64,000 nucleotides of DNA. Origin: Gammaproteobacteria bacterium (GTDB lineage: Bacteria; Pseudomonadota; Gammaproteobacteria; Pseudomonadales; IMCC2047). Positions 1 to 8,563 of this stretch are shown here, piece after piece. Numbering within the stretch: position 1 is the first letter of the stretch; each line of letters opens with the position of its first letter. The position numbers and the translations under genes are program-made. Where the stretch lies: assembly GCA_021773395.1 (NCBI GenBank), contig JAJFKB010000004.1, forward strand, positions 26,087 to 90,086, written 5' to 3'. A model generated the notes under the pieces. It was not told where the DNA came from. It made no database searches and worked only from the letters and a program-made list of their open reading frames with translations.

Positions 1-1706
1 TCACCTACCTCAACAAAGATATCGAAGAGCGGTTCCCCTATTTCAAAATTCTCACAAAAGAGTTGCGCTTCTTTCCTGAAGAAGGGCTGATATGGTTAGC
101 AAACGATAGCGTCGCATTACTCCACTTGAACACTCTCGGGCAAATACGCAAACAGCTAATTGATGTGTTAGGTGTCGGTAAAGCAAAGGGTATTCTAACC
201 CGGTTTGGATACCATCTGGGGGCAAGGGGCGCGTTGGCCGCTAAGAGATTACGGGTTGGCAACCCGGAATTAAATGCTTTTCTGCTCGGCCCTCAACTGC
301 ACACCCTCCATGGAATGGTTTACTCGGACCCAGCAAAAATAAAGGTAAACATCAAAGATGGTAAATTTCATGCAGATGTCATACTGCACCATACTTTTGA
401 TTCACAAAATAACCTTAACAATTACGGCATTTCAGCAAAACCCGTGTGCTGGATTCAAACAGGTTACGCGGCCGGTTACTCATCAACTTTTTACGGCAGG
501 GCAATTGTTTACAAAGAGCATCAATGTGTCGCCATGGGACATCCACAATGCCGCATGGAAGGCAAGCTACTGGAGCAGTGGGACGAACACGAAATTCTTG
601 AGGAGCAAGAATCTCTGAAAACAATAGTTGTCATGCCCCCAAAAACCGAACTGCGAATTAATCGATCTTCTGTAGATAACAAATCCAAAGCCCAGGCGCC
701 CACGGGAAGCCTCAGAAATATGATAGGGGCATCTTCATCCTTTATGGCGGCCTATTATCTTGCAAAGCGGATCGCCAAGACTTCGGCAAGTGTTTTATTG
801 CTGGGTGAAACAGGGGTGGGGAAAGGCATGTTTACCAACATGATACATGAAATGAGTGAACGCAAAGACCATGCATTCGTCGCAATCAATTGCTCTGCAA
901 TACCGGAAAATCTGGTTGAAGCCGAATTGTTTGGGGTTGAGGCCGGAGCATATACCGGCGCGAACAAATCACGCATAGGTAAATTCGAACAAGCCGATGG
1001 AGGGACTTTATTTTTAGACGAAGTCGGCACACTCTCTGACTCCGCACAAATCAAATTACTCAGGGCCATCCAGGAAAAGGAAATTGAACCGATTGGAGGA
1101 ACCAGTATTAAAAAAGTCAATGTGCGCATCATTGCTGCAACCAATATGGATCTACAAAAAGCAGTTTCGCGCGGTGATTTCAGAGCAGATTTATTATACC
1201 GAATTAATGTTTTCCCAATCAATATTCCATCTCTGAAAGACCGCAAGGAAGATATTCCTTTATTGCTGGATTATTTTTTACAAGTATCAAACTCGTCGAA
1301 TAACAAGAATATCCCCGGCTTTACCGATCTCGCTACTGATGTGTTGTACCAATATGATTATCCAGGGAATATCAGAGAGCTGGAAAACCTCGTGGAGAGA
1401 GCAGTTGTGCTCACAGAGGACAATAAGTTTATCGATACCGAACACTTATTTGTCTCTTCTGAACAGTTGTCTTCGACGCTAATGGAGCTCGATCCTTCTG
1501 GAGGCCTTAGAAACAAAACATTGTATTCTACTGCAGAATCTTCGCTTGATTCGCTATTAGAGGACGACGTTGACTTCTCTGAGTTTGAAATTGGACTTAT
1601 TAACGCCGCATTGCGAAAAACGGAGGGCAACATTTCAAAAGCAGCCAGAATGCTGAAAGTAAAGCGAGGCTATCTCAACTACAGATTAAATAAGTCCCCA
1701 TATTAA
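1..1706 (+). CDS. sigma-54-dependent transcriptional activator, XylR/DmpR type (XylR_N + V4R sensor, AAA+ core, C-terminal HTH); 5' end probably lies outside the window
   Basis: ORF 63..1706. The frame stays open back to nt 3 with no ATG/GTG/TTG. The upstream residues (YFKILTKELRFFPEEGLIWL) look like the start of XylR_N domains. V4R Cys pattern: CWIQTGYAAGY...CVAMGHPQC. Walker A GETGVGKG, GAYTGA loop, ELFGVE, RIIAATN. C-terminal HTH KAARMLKVKRGYLNYRL. Confidence 0.85.
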   Translation, partial: TYLNKDIEERFPYFKILTKELRFFPEEGLIWLANDSVALLHLNTLGQIRKQLIDVLGVGKAKGILTRFGYHLGARGALAAKRLRVGNPELNAFLLGPQLHTLHGMVYSDPAKIKVNIKDGKFHADVILHHTFDSQNNLNNYGISAKPVCWIQTGYAAGYSSTFYGRAIVYKEHQCVAMGHPQCRMEGKLLEQWDEHEILEEQESLKTIVVMPPKTELRINRSSVDNKSKAQAPTGSLRNMIGASSSFMAAYYLAKRIAKTSASVLLLGETGVGKGMFTNMIHEMSERKDHAFVAINCSAIPENLVEAELFGVEAGAYTGANKSRIGKFEQADGGTLFLDEVGTLSDSAQIKLLRAIQEKEIEPIGGTSIKKVNVRIIAATNMDLQKAVSRGDFRADLLYRINVFPINIPSLKDRKEDIPLLLDYFLQVSNSSNNKNIPGFTDLATDVLYQYDYPGNIRELENLVERAVVLTEDNKFIDTEHLFVSSEQLSSTLMELDPSGGLRNKTLYSTAESSLDSLLEDDVDFSEFEIGLINAALRKTEGNISKAARMLKVKRGYLNYRLNKSPY

Positions 1707-1835
1707 AAGGGGTAAAGCGTCCATGGAAAATCAAAATTACCCCCACAGTTACTTTGACTCAAGAATTTTTAATCCAGCTTTTTTCAGAACCGCCCGAAAC
1801 AACACAACAGCCAACTGCACCAGCGGAATATCATT

Positions 1836-3542
1836 ATGACCTCCAATTCAGAAATGAACGACACCCCTCTAAACAGCTTACTTTCGGATAAAGAAGACCT
1901 GCAGGGCCTGATCGACAAAATCGAATTTTCGCCTCAACATGGGAGAATCATGTTTGGCCCGGATCCAATATCCATTATGCATAAATCTGGATTGGTCGGA
2001 TTACATAGAGAAGTCCTCGAACATTTGGGATCCAGGGAGACTGCGCGCTTTTTCGCGTTACTTGGATTCGAGTCAGGGCAACGGGACGCAAAATTTATTA
2101 CCGACCAATTCAGCAACCAGAAATTAGATAAGATTTTCGATTCTATTATTCACCTGAGAGTAGTTCGTGGATTTATAAAAATGAAAACCTGCGAATTAAA
2201 AGTGAATTTAAAGCAACATCATTTTCTCCATGAAGTAGTATTTTCCGGAAATTTTGAGGTTGATACCGTCTTGCAAAATGAGGGCTTATCTAAAAGCCCT
2301 TCCTGCTGGGGACAAGTGGGGTACGCTACCGGTTACGCAACCGCCCTGCTAAACAGGCCGGCCATCTATAAGGAGGTGGAATGTGGCTCGACGGGGAACT
2401 CCCAATGCAAGATGATTGGAAAACTTGCTGACGACTGGCGACCGGAGGAAATAGCAACCGAGCTGGAATGTCTACCCATAAATAAAATCTTCGGAAATCT
2501 GTCGCACCCGGTTTTAATAAACCAAAGTCGTAAAACCCGTCGTACAGATCGCAGGGAGAAAAGTCCCCCCGATAATCCAGGCGGTATTATCGGTGTTTCT
2601 TCAGCTATAACCAGAGTCTTCGAAAAAGTAGCCAAAGTAGCAAAAGCAAAATCGCCAATTCTATTCCTGGGTGAAACGGGGGTTGGCAAAGAACGTTTCG
2701 CGCGGCTTGTTCACGAAATGAGCAACAGGGCCAACCAGCCATTTATTCCAATAAACTGTGCGGCCATTCCCAGCGAGCTGGTTGAATCAGAACTTTTTGG
2801 TGTGGAAAAAGGCGCTTTTACGGGTGCTGATCATTCTCGTCCGGGACGTTTCGAAAGAGCCAATAACGGCACTTTATTTTTAGATGAAGTGGGTGACCTG
2901 CCATGGGAAACCCAAACGAAATTACTGCGGGTCCTCCAGGAACAGGAAATTGAAAGAGTCGGGGGAGTTGGCTCAATCAACGTCGATGTTCGCATTGTAG
3001 CTGCGACCAACAGTAATCTTGAATCTGCGATAAGTGAGGGATATTTTCGAAGCGATCTGTATTACCGGTTGAATATCTTCCCACTTACTATTCCTCCGCT
3101 ACGCGACCGTAAGGATGATATTCCGCTATTGGTCGATCATTTTATCAATCGCTTTAATACCGAGCATCGCCGAAATATAACCGGAATTACCCAAATTGCG
3201 CTGCAAAGATTATTGACATATCGTTTTCCAGGCAATATACGCGAGCTGGAAAACATTATCGAGCGCGCGCTAATTCTAACTGAAGATTATACGAACATAG
3301 ACCTCGGGCACCTGCCATACGTTGAGGACAAGGCGATGAGTCTGGAACTTGGTCCACCACCTGAAGAAGAAAGCACCTATGATAACCTGTTCAACGAACT
3401 TGTAGGAAATGATAAAACCTTAACCGATATCGGGAAAGAATTTCTCGGCCAAGCCGTAGAAAAAAACAACGGCAATATGACACAAGCCGCTAAATCAGTA
3501 GGTCTTACCCGAATGCAGGTAGCATATAGATTGAAAGAATAA
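1836..3542 (+). CDS. sigma-54-dependent transcriptional activator, XylR/DmpR type (paralogue of the upstream gene)
   Basis: 568-aa ORF with the same architecture as the upstream gene. V4R pattern CWGQVGYATGY...CGSTGNSQC; GETGVGKE; GAFTGA; ESELFG; RIVAATN; C-terminal HTH QAAKSVGLTRMQVAYRL. Confidence 0.9.
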   Translation: MTSNSEMNDTPLNSLLSDKEDLQGLIDKIEFSPQHGRIMFGPDPISIMHKSGLVGLHREVLEHLGSRETARFFALLGFESGQRDAKFITDQFSNQKLDKIFDSIIHLRVVRGFIKMKTCELKVNLKQHHFLHEVVFSGNFEVDTVLQNEGLSKSPSCWGQVGYATGYATALLNRPAIYKEVECGSTGNSQCKMIGKLADDWRPEEIATELECLPINKIFGNLSHPVLINQSRKTRRTDRREKSPPDNPGGIIGVSSAITRVFEKVAKVAKAKSPILFLGETGVGKERFARLVHEMSNRANQPFIPINCAAIPSELVESELFGVEKGAFTGADHSRPGRFERANNGTLFLDEVGDLPWETQTKLLRVLQEQEIERVGGVGSINVDVRIVAATNSNLESAISEGYFRSDLYYRLNIFPLTIPPLRDRKDDIPLLVDHFINRFNTEHRRNITGITQIALQRLLTYRFPGNIRELENIIERALILTEDYTNIDLGHLPYVEDKAMSLELGPPPEEESTYDNLFNELVGNDKTLTDIGKEFLGQAVEKNNGNMTQAAKSVGLTRMQVAYRLKE

Positions 3543-3688
3543 ACTACCCCGTAGCATGCTGACGGGGTGTCACTCGGTACCACTCTGTTAGAACAACACC
3601 AACAAATGGTCGCTGTGAAGCTTCTGATAACTCCCGGGCAAACCTTTCACTGCATGGCGAATTAGCCAGGCACGCTTACTACAATTAT

Positions 3689-3784
3689 CTATCGGGCATT
3701 TAGCAACTGTCCAGCAATCACCAGTTTCTGGATTTCACTGGTACCTTCATATATTCGCAACGCCCTGATTTCCCCGTATCGTTG
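3689..3784 (-). pseudogene. acyl-CoA dehydrogenase 3'-terminal remnant (about 31 codons)
   Basis: Hand translation of the minus strand gives [30 protein letters not shown]-stop (stop at 3689-3691). The [13 protein letters not shown] string is the hallmark C-terminus of acyl-CoA dehydrogenases. Upstream the frame degenerates and hits TGA at 3809-3811. Confidence 0.6.
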
Positions 3785-3842
3785 GCAAACGCATTGACGC
3801 GGTCTATTTCAGCTTCCAGTTGCCTCTTAATTGTAATTTTTG

Positions 3843-4001
3843 GAATTCGCCAGGGACACGTTGGAGACGTTCTTCAAAACCTACGCTCGGTATATGCAAT
3901 CGCAAAGTGACAACGCAGAATTGGACAAATTACTCAGTTTTGAAAAAAACTGGACAAATACTGGACAAGAAAAAAGGGGCAGAAATCGTAAAAATCTCTA
4001 A
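3843..4001 (+). pseudogene. tyrosine recombinase (phage-type integrase) C-terminal remnant
   Basis: Hand translation gives EFARDTLETFFKTYARYMQSQSDNAELDKLLSF...-stop at 3999-4001. The T-x-x-x-Y-A-R-W/Y-M string followed by an acidic tail resembles box II, which carries the catalytic Tyr. There is an in-frame stop at 3834-3836. The remnant ends 15 nt from the 3' end of tRNA-Ser. Confidence 0.4.
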
Positions 4002-4015
4002 CCCCTTGATTTATA

Positions 4016-4103
4016 TGGCGGTGGGCCAGGGATTCGAACCCCGGGAGGGTTGCCCCTCAACGGTTTTCAAGACCGCCGCATTCGACCACTCTGCCAGCCC
4101 ACC
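4016..4103 (-). tRNA. tRNA-Ser (anticodon UGA)
   Basis: The reverse complement reads GGTGGGCTGGCAGAGTGGTCGAATGCGGCGGTCTTGAAAACCGTTGAGGGGCAACCCTCCCGGGGTTCGAATCCCTGGCCCACCGCCA. It has a 7-bp acceptor stem, anticodon loop CTTGAAA, a long variable arm, a GGTTCGAATCC T-arm and an encoded CCA. Confidence 0.93.
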
Positions 4104-4210
4104 AGAGAGGCCAGCATATTACCCTATCGAGTCAAAGTGTCAATCCCGATTTGAGAATTTTGATAATTTTGTATAGATATTAATTGGCTATCGTTTACTA
4201 TCAATGACGC

Positions 4211-4238
4211 TTGATTTTACACCATTTGTTAGTATGAT
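4211..4238 (+). promoter_or_regulatory. candidate sigma-70 promoter for the BAX-inhibitor-like gene
   Basis: TTGATT (4211-4216), 16-nt spacer, TATGAT (4233-4238), about 120 nt upstream of the ATG at 4357. Confidence 0.35.
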
Positions 4239-4356
4239 CCTTGCACCACGAAAAGAGGGTATTTAAAGTCACACCCCTTGAAATCTGTTAGACTGAACTC
4301 TATCTAGAATTTATAATCTTATAATGTATTAATTAATACGAAGTGGAGTAACAACT

Positions 4357-5043
4357 ATGCCAAGCAATCCCTATACGATTTCGGCCACTCAGCAATCGAG
4401 TGTTGAGATTAACAAGGTTCTGCGAAACACATACGCCCTTCTGGCAGTCACATTGCTATTAAGCGCAGTAACTGCTGGAATTTCTATGGCGGTCAACATT
4501 GGTTTTGGCGCGGCAATGATTATGAATCTGGTCGCAATTGGTCTGGTCTGGTTTGTTCTACCACGAACAGCAAACTCAATTAATGGTTTATGGGTCGTCT
4601 TTGCCTTTACCGGTCTGCTCGGCGCGGCGCTTGGGCCAACCTTGAACCATTACATGCAGATGACCAATGGTGGCGCTTTGATTATGCAGGCGCTGGGTAC
4701 AACGGCGGTGGTATTTTTTGGCCTGTCCGGTTATGTGCTGACTACCCGTAAGGATTTTTCTTTCATGGGTGGTTTTTTGATGACCGGCCTGATCATTGCT
4801 GTTGTCGCCATGTTTGCACTCATAATTGCTGGATTCTTTGGCGTACACATTGCGGGAGCACATTTAGCTCTGAGTGCAGTTATTGCGCTAATCATGTCGG
4901 GCTTTATTCTTTTCGATACCAGCCGCATTGTTAACGGTGGCGAGCGTAATTATATTATGGCAACTGTTGCGCTTTATCTGGACATCTACAACCTGTTTGT
5001 CAGCCTGCTCCATCTTATGGGCGCTTTGGGTGGCGACGATTAA
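4357..5043 (+). CDS. yccA: BAX inhibitor-1 / YccA family inner-membrane protein
   Basis: 228 aa. The N-terminus NKVLRNTYALLAVTLLLSAVTAG and about 7 hydrophobic segments are typical of YccA/YbhL. AGTGGAG Shine-Dalgarno sequence upstream. Confidence 0.85.
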   Translation: MPSNPYTISATQQSSVEINKVLRNTYALLAVTLLLSAVTAGISMAVNIGFGAAMIMNLVAIGLVWFVLPRTANSINGLWVVFAFTGLLGAALGPTLNHYMQMTNGGALIMQALGTTAVVFFGLSGYVLTTRKDFSFMGGFLMTGLIIAVVAMFALIIAGFFGVHIAGAHLALSAVIALIMSGFILFDTSRIVNGGERNYIMATVALYLDIYNLFVSLLHLMGALGGDD

Positions 5044-5062
5044 TCATCACTGAATTAAAGGG

Positions 5063-5096
5063 AGCCCCGCTGGCGATCGCCACGGGGCTTTTTTTC
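5063..5096 (+). terminator. rho-independent terminator
   Basis: The agccccg ... cggggct stem is followed by a T7 run (gagccccgctggcgatcgccacggggcttttttt), directly after the yccA stop. Confidence 0.8.
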
Positions 5097-5147
5097 GCTA
5101 CACTAATATCACAAACAACTCTCTAACAACTCTGTCGAACCGCTCCC

Positions 5148-5540
5148 ATGATATTTTCTCTAGCGATTTATGGCGCACCTTACGCTTCTCAGGCTCCTGA
5201 CACCGCCTATCAGTTTGCGAATGCCGTCATAGCATCGGGACATAAGATTCATCGTATTTTCTTCTACATGGACGGTGTGCAAAATGCTACAAAACTGGCA
5301 TCCCCGCCGCAGGATGAAGCCGATATCCCGGCCAGGTGGAGCCGGTTTATTTTGGATCATCAGATTGACGCGGTGGTCTGTATTGCCGCCGCATTAAGAC
5401 GTGGTGTTATCAACGAAGAAGAGGCCAACCGATACGACAAGCCATCCAGTAATCTGGCGGAAGGTTTTACGCTGTCCGGTCTTGGCCAGCTTGTCGAAGC
5501 GGGAATCGAGTCTGACCGACTCGTTACCTTTGGCTATTAA
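5148..5540 (+). CDS. tusD: sulfurtransferase complex subunit TusD (DsrE family)
   Basis: 130 aa. Aligns by eye along its length to E. coli TusD (YGAPYASQA, FFYMDGV, CIAAALRRGV, GFTLSGLGQL). Confidence 0.9.
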   Translation: MIFSLAIYGAPYASQAPDTAYQFANAVIASGHKIHRIFFYMDGVQNATKLASPPQDEADIPARWSRFILDHQIDAVVCIAAALRRGVINEEEANRYDKPSSNLAEGFTLSGLGQLVEAGIESDRLVTFGY

Positions 5541-5549
5541 GGCGCCGCT

Positions 5550-5915
5550 ATGATGAACCCAAAATCCTTCCTGATTATCAATCGGCACAGCCCCTACCAG
5601 ACAAACTCGGCCAAGGAAGCACTGGATGTAGCGCTAATGACTGCTGTATTTAACCAGAAAACCAGCGTACTTTTTATGGACGATGGGATCTACCAGCTGT
5701 TAAAAAAACAGGACCCGACAGATATTACACAAAAAAATAGCGCGGCGACCTTCCCCATGCTGGAAATGTACGATGTAGATGCCGTTTATGTGGAACAGGC
5801 ATCTCTCGAGGCGCGCAACCTTAACGAGCAGGATCTGTTAATGCCGGTACAAGTAATCGACTCTGAAAGCCTAAGAGAGTTAATTGAAAACCAAACCATA
5901 ATCCTTAACTTTTAA
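5550..5915 (+). CDS. tusC: sulfurtransferase complex subunit TusC (DsrF family)
   Basis: 121 aa, adjacent to tusD. DsrF-like pattern (EALDVALM, VLFMDDGIYQLL, ends ILNF). Confidence 0.85.
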   Translation: MMNPKSFLIINRHSPYQTNSAKEALDVALMTAVFNQKTSVLFMDDGIYQLLKKQDPTDITQKNSAATFPMLEMYDVDAVYVEQASLEARNLNEQDLLMPVQVIDSESLRELIENQTIILNF

Positions 5916-5920
5916 CACAC

Positions 5921-6208
5921 ATGATTCTACATACGATAAACAAAAGCCCGCAGCATTCAGCAATCTCTGCATGTCTGAGAATCATAGGAAAAGGCAGCGC
6001 CATTCTGCTGATTGAGGACGGAGTCTACGCAGCCATTAGTCCCTCCCCTTTCCATAATCAACTCTGTGATCTGAAAATCTATGCACTTGAAGCTGATATT
6101 AAAGCCCGTGGCTTGAGCGATAAAGTGCTGCCTGGCATCGAGACAGTCGATTATCAAGGGTTCGTGGCGTTGACAGCACAGTATGACAGCGTTCAAAGCT
6201 GGTTCTGA
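5921..6208 (+). CDS. tusB: sulfurtransferase complex subunit TusB (DsrH family)
   Basis: 95 aa. MILHTINKSP..., LLIEDGVYAA, KIYALEADIKARGL. Confidence 0.85.
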   Translation: MILHTINKSPQHSAISACLRIIGKGSAILLIEDGVYAAISPSPFHNQLCDLKIYALEADIKARGLSDKVLPGIETVDYQGFVALTAQYDSVQSWF

Positions 6209-6211
6209 AAA

Positions 6212-6547
6212 TTGAATCATATTGATATGACAATGGAGAATCTTGTGGTCGACAAGGAAGGTTATTTACTCCATCTCGAGGACTGGAGCGAATCAGCAGC
6301 CCAAAGTATTGCGCTTAACGAAGGCATCGAGTTAACCGCGGATCACTGGCCAGTTATCCATCTATTGCGTGATGTTTACGACGAGTTTCAGCACACACCC
6401 ATCACCCGCGTTTTCGTGAAAATTATGGCCGAAAAGCTGGGCAAGGAAAAAGGGCGCAGCATATACTTGATGCGCCTGTTTCCCGAAACTCCCATGCGCA
6501 AAGCCTGTAAAATAGCCGGCTTACCAAAGCCCACTAATTGCCTTTAG
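6212..6547 (+). CDS. tusE: sulfurtransferase TusE (DsrC family)
   Basis: 111 aa with the DsrC/TusE C-terminus CKIAGLPKPTNCL. The start is uncertain (TTG 6212 versus ATG 6227 or 6233). Confidence 0.85.
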   Translation: MNHIDMTMENLVVDKEGYLLHLEDWSESAAQSIALNEGIELTADHWPVIHLLRDVYDEFQHTPITRVFVKIMAEKLGKEKGRSIYLMRLFPETPMRKACKIAGLPKPTNCL

Positions 6548-6579
6548 CACTCAACCAATAATAAAAAGGAGCAAACTCC

Positions 6580-6972
6580 ATGTCAGACAGACTGTATTTT
6601 CTTTTCGGTGATATTGTTTCCAACTTGGTCACCGGCGCCCTGGCTGCGCTGGTATGTCACCTGATGGTGAGCCTCGGATGGAATATGATCCTGGCCATGC
6701 TGATCGGCATGCCGGTGGGAATGTTTCTCGCACTGGTGCTGGGACTATTGGTTTTTTATCGCCATTTTGGTGTCAATGAAGTCATGGTGCCGACGATGTT
6801 AACCGGCATGCTGTCGGGTATGCTCATCTCGATGCTGGTGGCAATGCAGCCTGTCAGCGTTTTACTATCCACCGGCCTTGGCGCTGCCATTGGCCTGATT
6901 TGCCTGGGCTTTTGTAATTATTGTGACTCGCTTATCCGTGGTAAAGCCAGTAAATCAGAGAATGGAGTATAG
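6580..6972 (+). CDS. small polytopic membrane protein, function unknown
   Basis: 130 aa with 3-4 hydrophobic helices rich in G/M/L. AAGGAG Shine-Dalgarno sequence 8 nt upstream. Lies 33 nt after the tusE stop. Confidence 0.55.
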   Translation: MSDRLYFLFGDIVSNLVTGALAALVCHLMVSLGWNMILAMLIGMPVGMFLALVLGLLVFYRHFGVNEVMVPTMLTGMLSGMLISMLVAMQPVSVLLSTGLGAAIGLICLGFCNYCDSLIRGKASKSENGV

Positions 6973-6974
6973 CC

Positions 6975-7592
6975 ATGGACCAGATAACCAAACGAAAGTG
7001 GGATAAAGCAGCCAAATCCTTTGACTATATGGCCGGTATCGGTGCGGAGAAACGCTGGGCTCCGAGAAAACGGGCGCTATTCAGCCATATGGATGGAGAA
7101 ATCCTCTTTCTGGCACTGGGCACTGGCCTGGATATTGAGTTCTTTCCTGAACACAAAACCATCACTGCCATTGATATAAGTGCCAGAATGCTCGAAGTGG
7201 CAAAACCCCGTATTGCTGATTACGCGGGCACCATTAATGCGCTGGAAATGGACGTCCACGATTTGGACTTCCCTGACAACCACTTTGATCAGATATACAC
7301 TTCCTGCACTTTTTGCTCAGTCCCGCAGCCTGTGGAGGGGCTTAAAACTCTGTATCGTGTGCTCAAGCCTGGGGGGAAACTGCGCATGTTTGAACATACC
7401 GGAAGCCATTTCCAGCCGTTCAAATTCATGATGGATATTATGACACCTATCAGTGGGAAACTGGGGCCTGAAATGAACCGTAATACCACCGAAAATGTCT
7501 CTTTGGCCGGCTTTAGAATATTAGCAGTGGAAAATATTTATATGGACATCGTCAAAACAATTACTGCCGAAAAACCTGAACAATCCACGTAA
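6975..7592 (+). CDS. class I SAM-dependent methyltransferase
   Basis: 205 aa. Motif I ILFLALGTGLD, acidic loop AIDIS, post-I LEMDVHDL, LKPGGKLRMFEH. The start lies 2 nt after the preceding stop. Confidence 0.8.
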   Translation: MDQITKRKWDKAAKSFDYMAGIGAEKRWAPRKRALFSHMDGEILFLALGTGLDIEFFPEHKTITAIDISARMLEVAKPRIADYAGTINALEMDVHDLDFPDNHFDQIYTSCTFCSVPQPVEGLKTLYRVLKPGGKLRMFEHTGSHFQPFKFMMDIMTPISGKLGPEMNRNTTENVSLAGFRILAVENIYMDIVKTITAEKPEQST

Positions 7593-7944
7593 GGAAAAAT
7601 CCTTGAACACCACTCTAATTTCTACCGGAGATATCTTCTATTCGTATTTTTCTAGCCATATAATGGAGCGCGGACCAACATTTTTACCAGAAACTTCGGC
7701 AATCCGTCAGTTAATCCTCTCGTCTTGCTCCTGTTCTCTTAAAATTCATCTTGGTTCAATCAGCACCAAAAGCAACAATTTGACTACAGCTAATATTGTT
7801 GCGTAGAGTAGGGCTTTAGATATATCTGAAAAACAAACCGGTACCGTTAAGGTTCAACGAATCAAAAGGCTTCTTGCACTCTAGGTGAGGGGAAAAGGCC
7901 CTCAAGTAGAAAATATTGAAGCGATTTAACCACAGGAAAAAACT

Positions 7945-8424
7945 ATGCAAGTAAGCGAAAAATGTATTGTCAGCATCCACTATACACTGACCGACAAAGA
8001 AGGTGATGTACTGGATTCTTCAGAAGGAAAGGAACCATTACATTATCTGCACGGAGCATCAAACATCATCCCTGGCCTGGAAAAAGAGCTGGCAGGCAAG
8101 AGCACCGGTGATCAGCTAAACGTTGTGGTGTCACCCACCGACGGTTATGGAGAGCGTCAGGAACAGCTAGTGCAGGAAGTCCCCCGTACTGCTTTTGACG
8201 GCGTGGATCATATTGCTCCAGGTATGCAGTTTGAAGCGCAAACCGAAGGCGGCCCAATGCACGTTGTAGTCACTGAGGTAACTGAAGATACCGTCACCGT
8301 TGATGGCAATCATCCACTTGCCGGACAAGAGCTTAACTTCGAAGTTTCGGTAGAACAAGTACGCGAAGCGACAGAGGAAGAAGTATCCCACGGACATCCT
8401 CATGAGGGCAGCTCCGCTCACTAA
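7945..8424 (+). CDS. slyD: FKBP-type peptidyl-prolyl cis-trans isomerase SlyD
   Basis: 159 aa. VSIHYTLTDKEGDVLDSS, HYLHGASNIIPGLE, IF-domain insertion, short His-rich tail SHGHPHEGSSAH. Confidence 0.9.
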   Translation: MQVSEKCIVSIHYTLTDKEGDVLDSSEGKEPLHYLHGASNIIPGLEKELAGKSTGDQLNVVVSPTDGYGERQEQLVQEVPRTAFDGVDHIAPGMQFEAQTEGGPMHVVVTEVTEDTVTVDGNHPLAGQELNFEVSVEQVREATEEEVSHGHPHEGSSAH

Positions 8425-8535
8425 AGGCGATCAAATTAGATAAGGGGTGCTGTGCCAAGCGGTTCACACTGCGGAAACACTCGGATTACTGCTTTATTTG
8501 CAAAAATAGTACAGCGCAGTTTCAAGTAATAACGA

Positions 8536-8563
8536 GCCATCGTTCTGCTGCCATCGTTCTGCT
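8536..8563. repeat. perfect 14-bp tandem duplication (gccatcgttctgct x2)
   Basis: Read directly: unit at 8536-8549 and again at 8550-8563, in the slyD / aminotransferase intergenic region. Confidence 0.9.

Noticed and set aside
755-1246. 163-aa minus-strand ORF and similar long antisense ORFs (e.g. 2366-2689, 37080-37505, 52992-53447, 63184-63669)
   Set aside because: All lie antisense within strongly supported genes (AAA+ activators, acs, decarboxylase, hydrolase). They show biased, motif-free composition typical of shadow ORFs.
3547-3567. Hairpin ccccgt-N9-acgggg after the second activator gene
   Set aside because: The stem is only 6 bp and is not followed by a T-run, so it was not called as a terminator.
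3820-4176. 118-aa plus-strand ORF
   Set aside because: It runs straight across tRNA-Ser (4016-4103) and across the integrase remnant in a different frame. Its sequence is low-complexity with no motif. It is most likely an artefact of the open frame.
7603-7806. 67-aa ORF in the 350-nt spacer upstream of slyD
   Set aside because: It has no Shine-Dalgarno sequence, no motif and a TTG start. I could not assign any function to the spacer (no riboswitch-like or repeat structure recognised), so nothing is reported.
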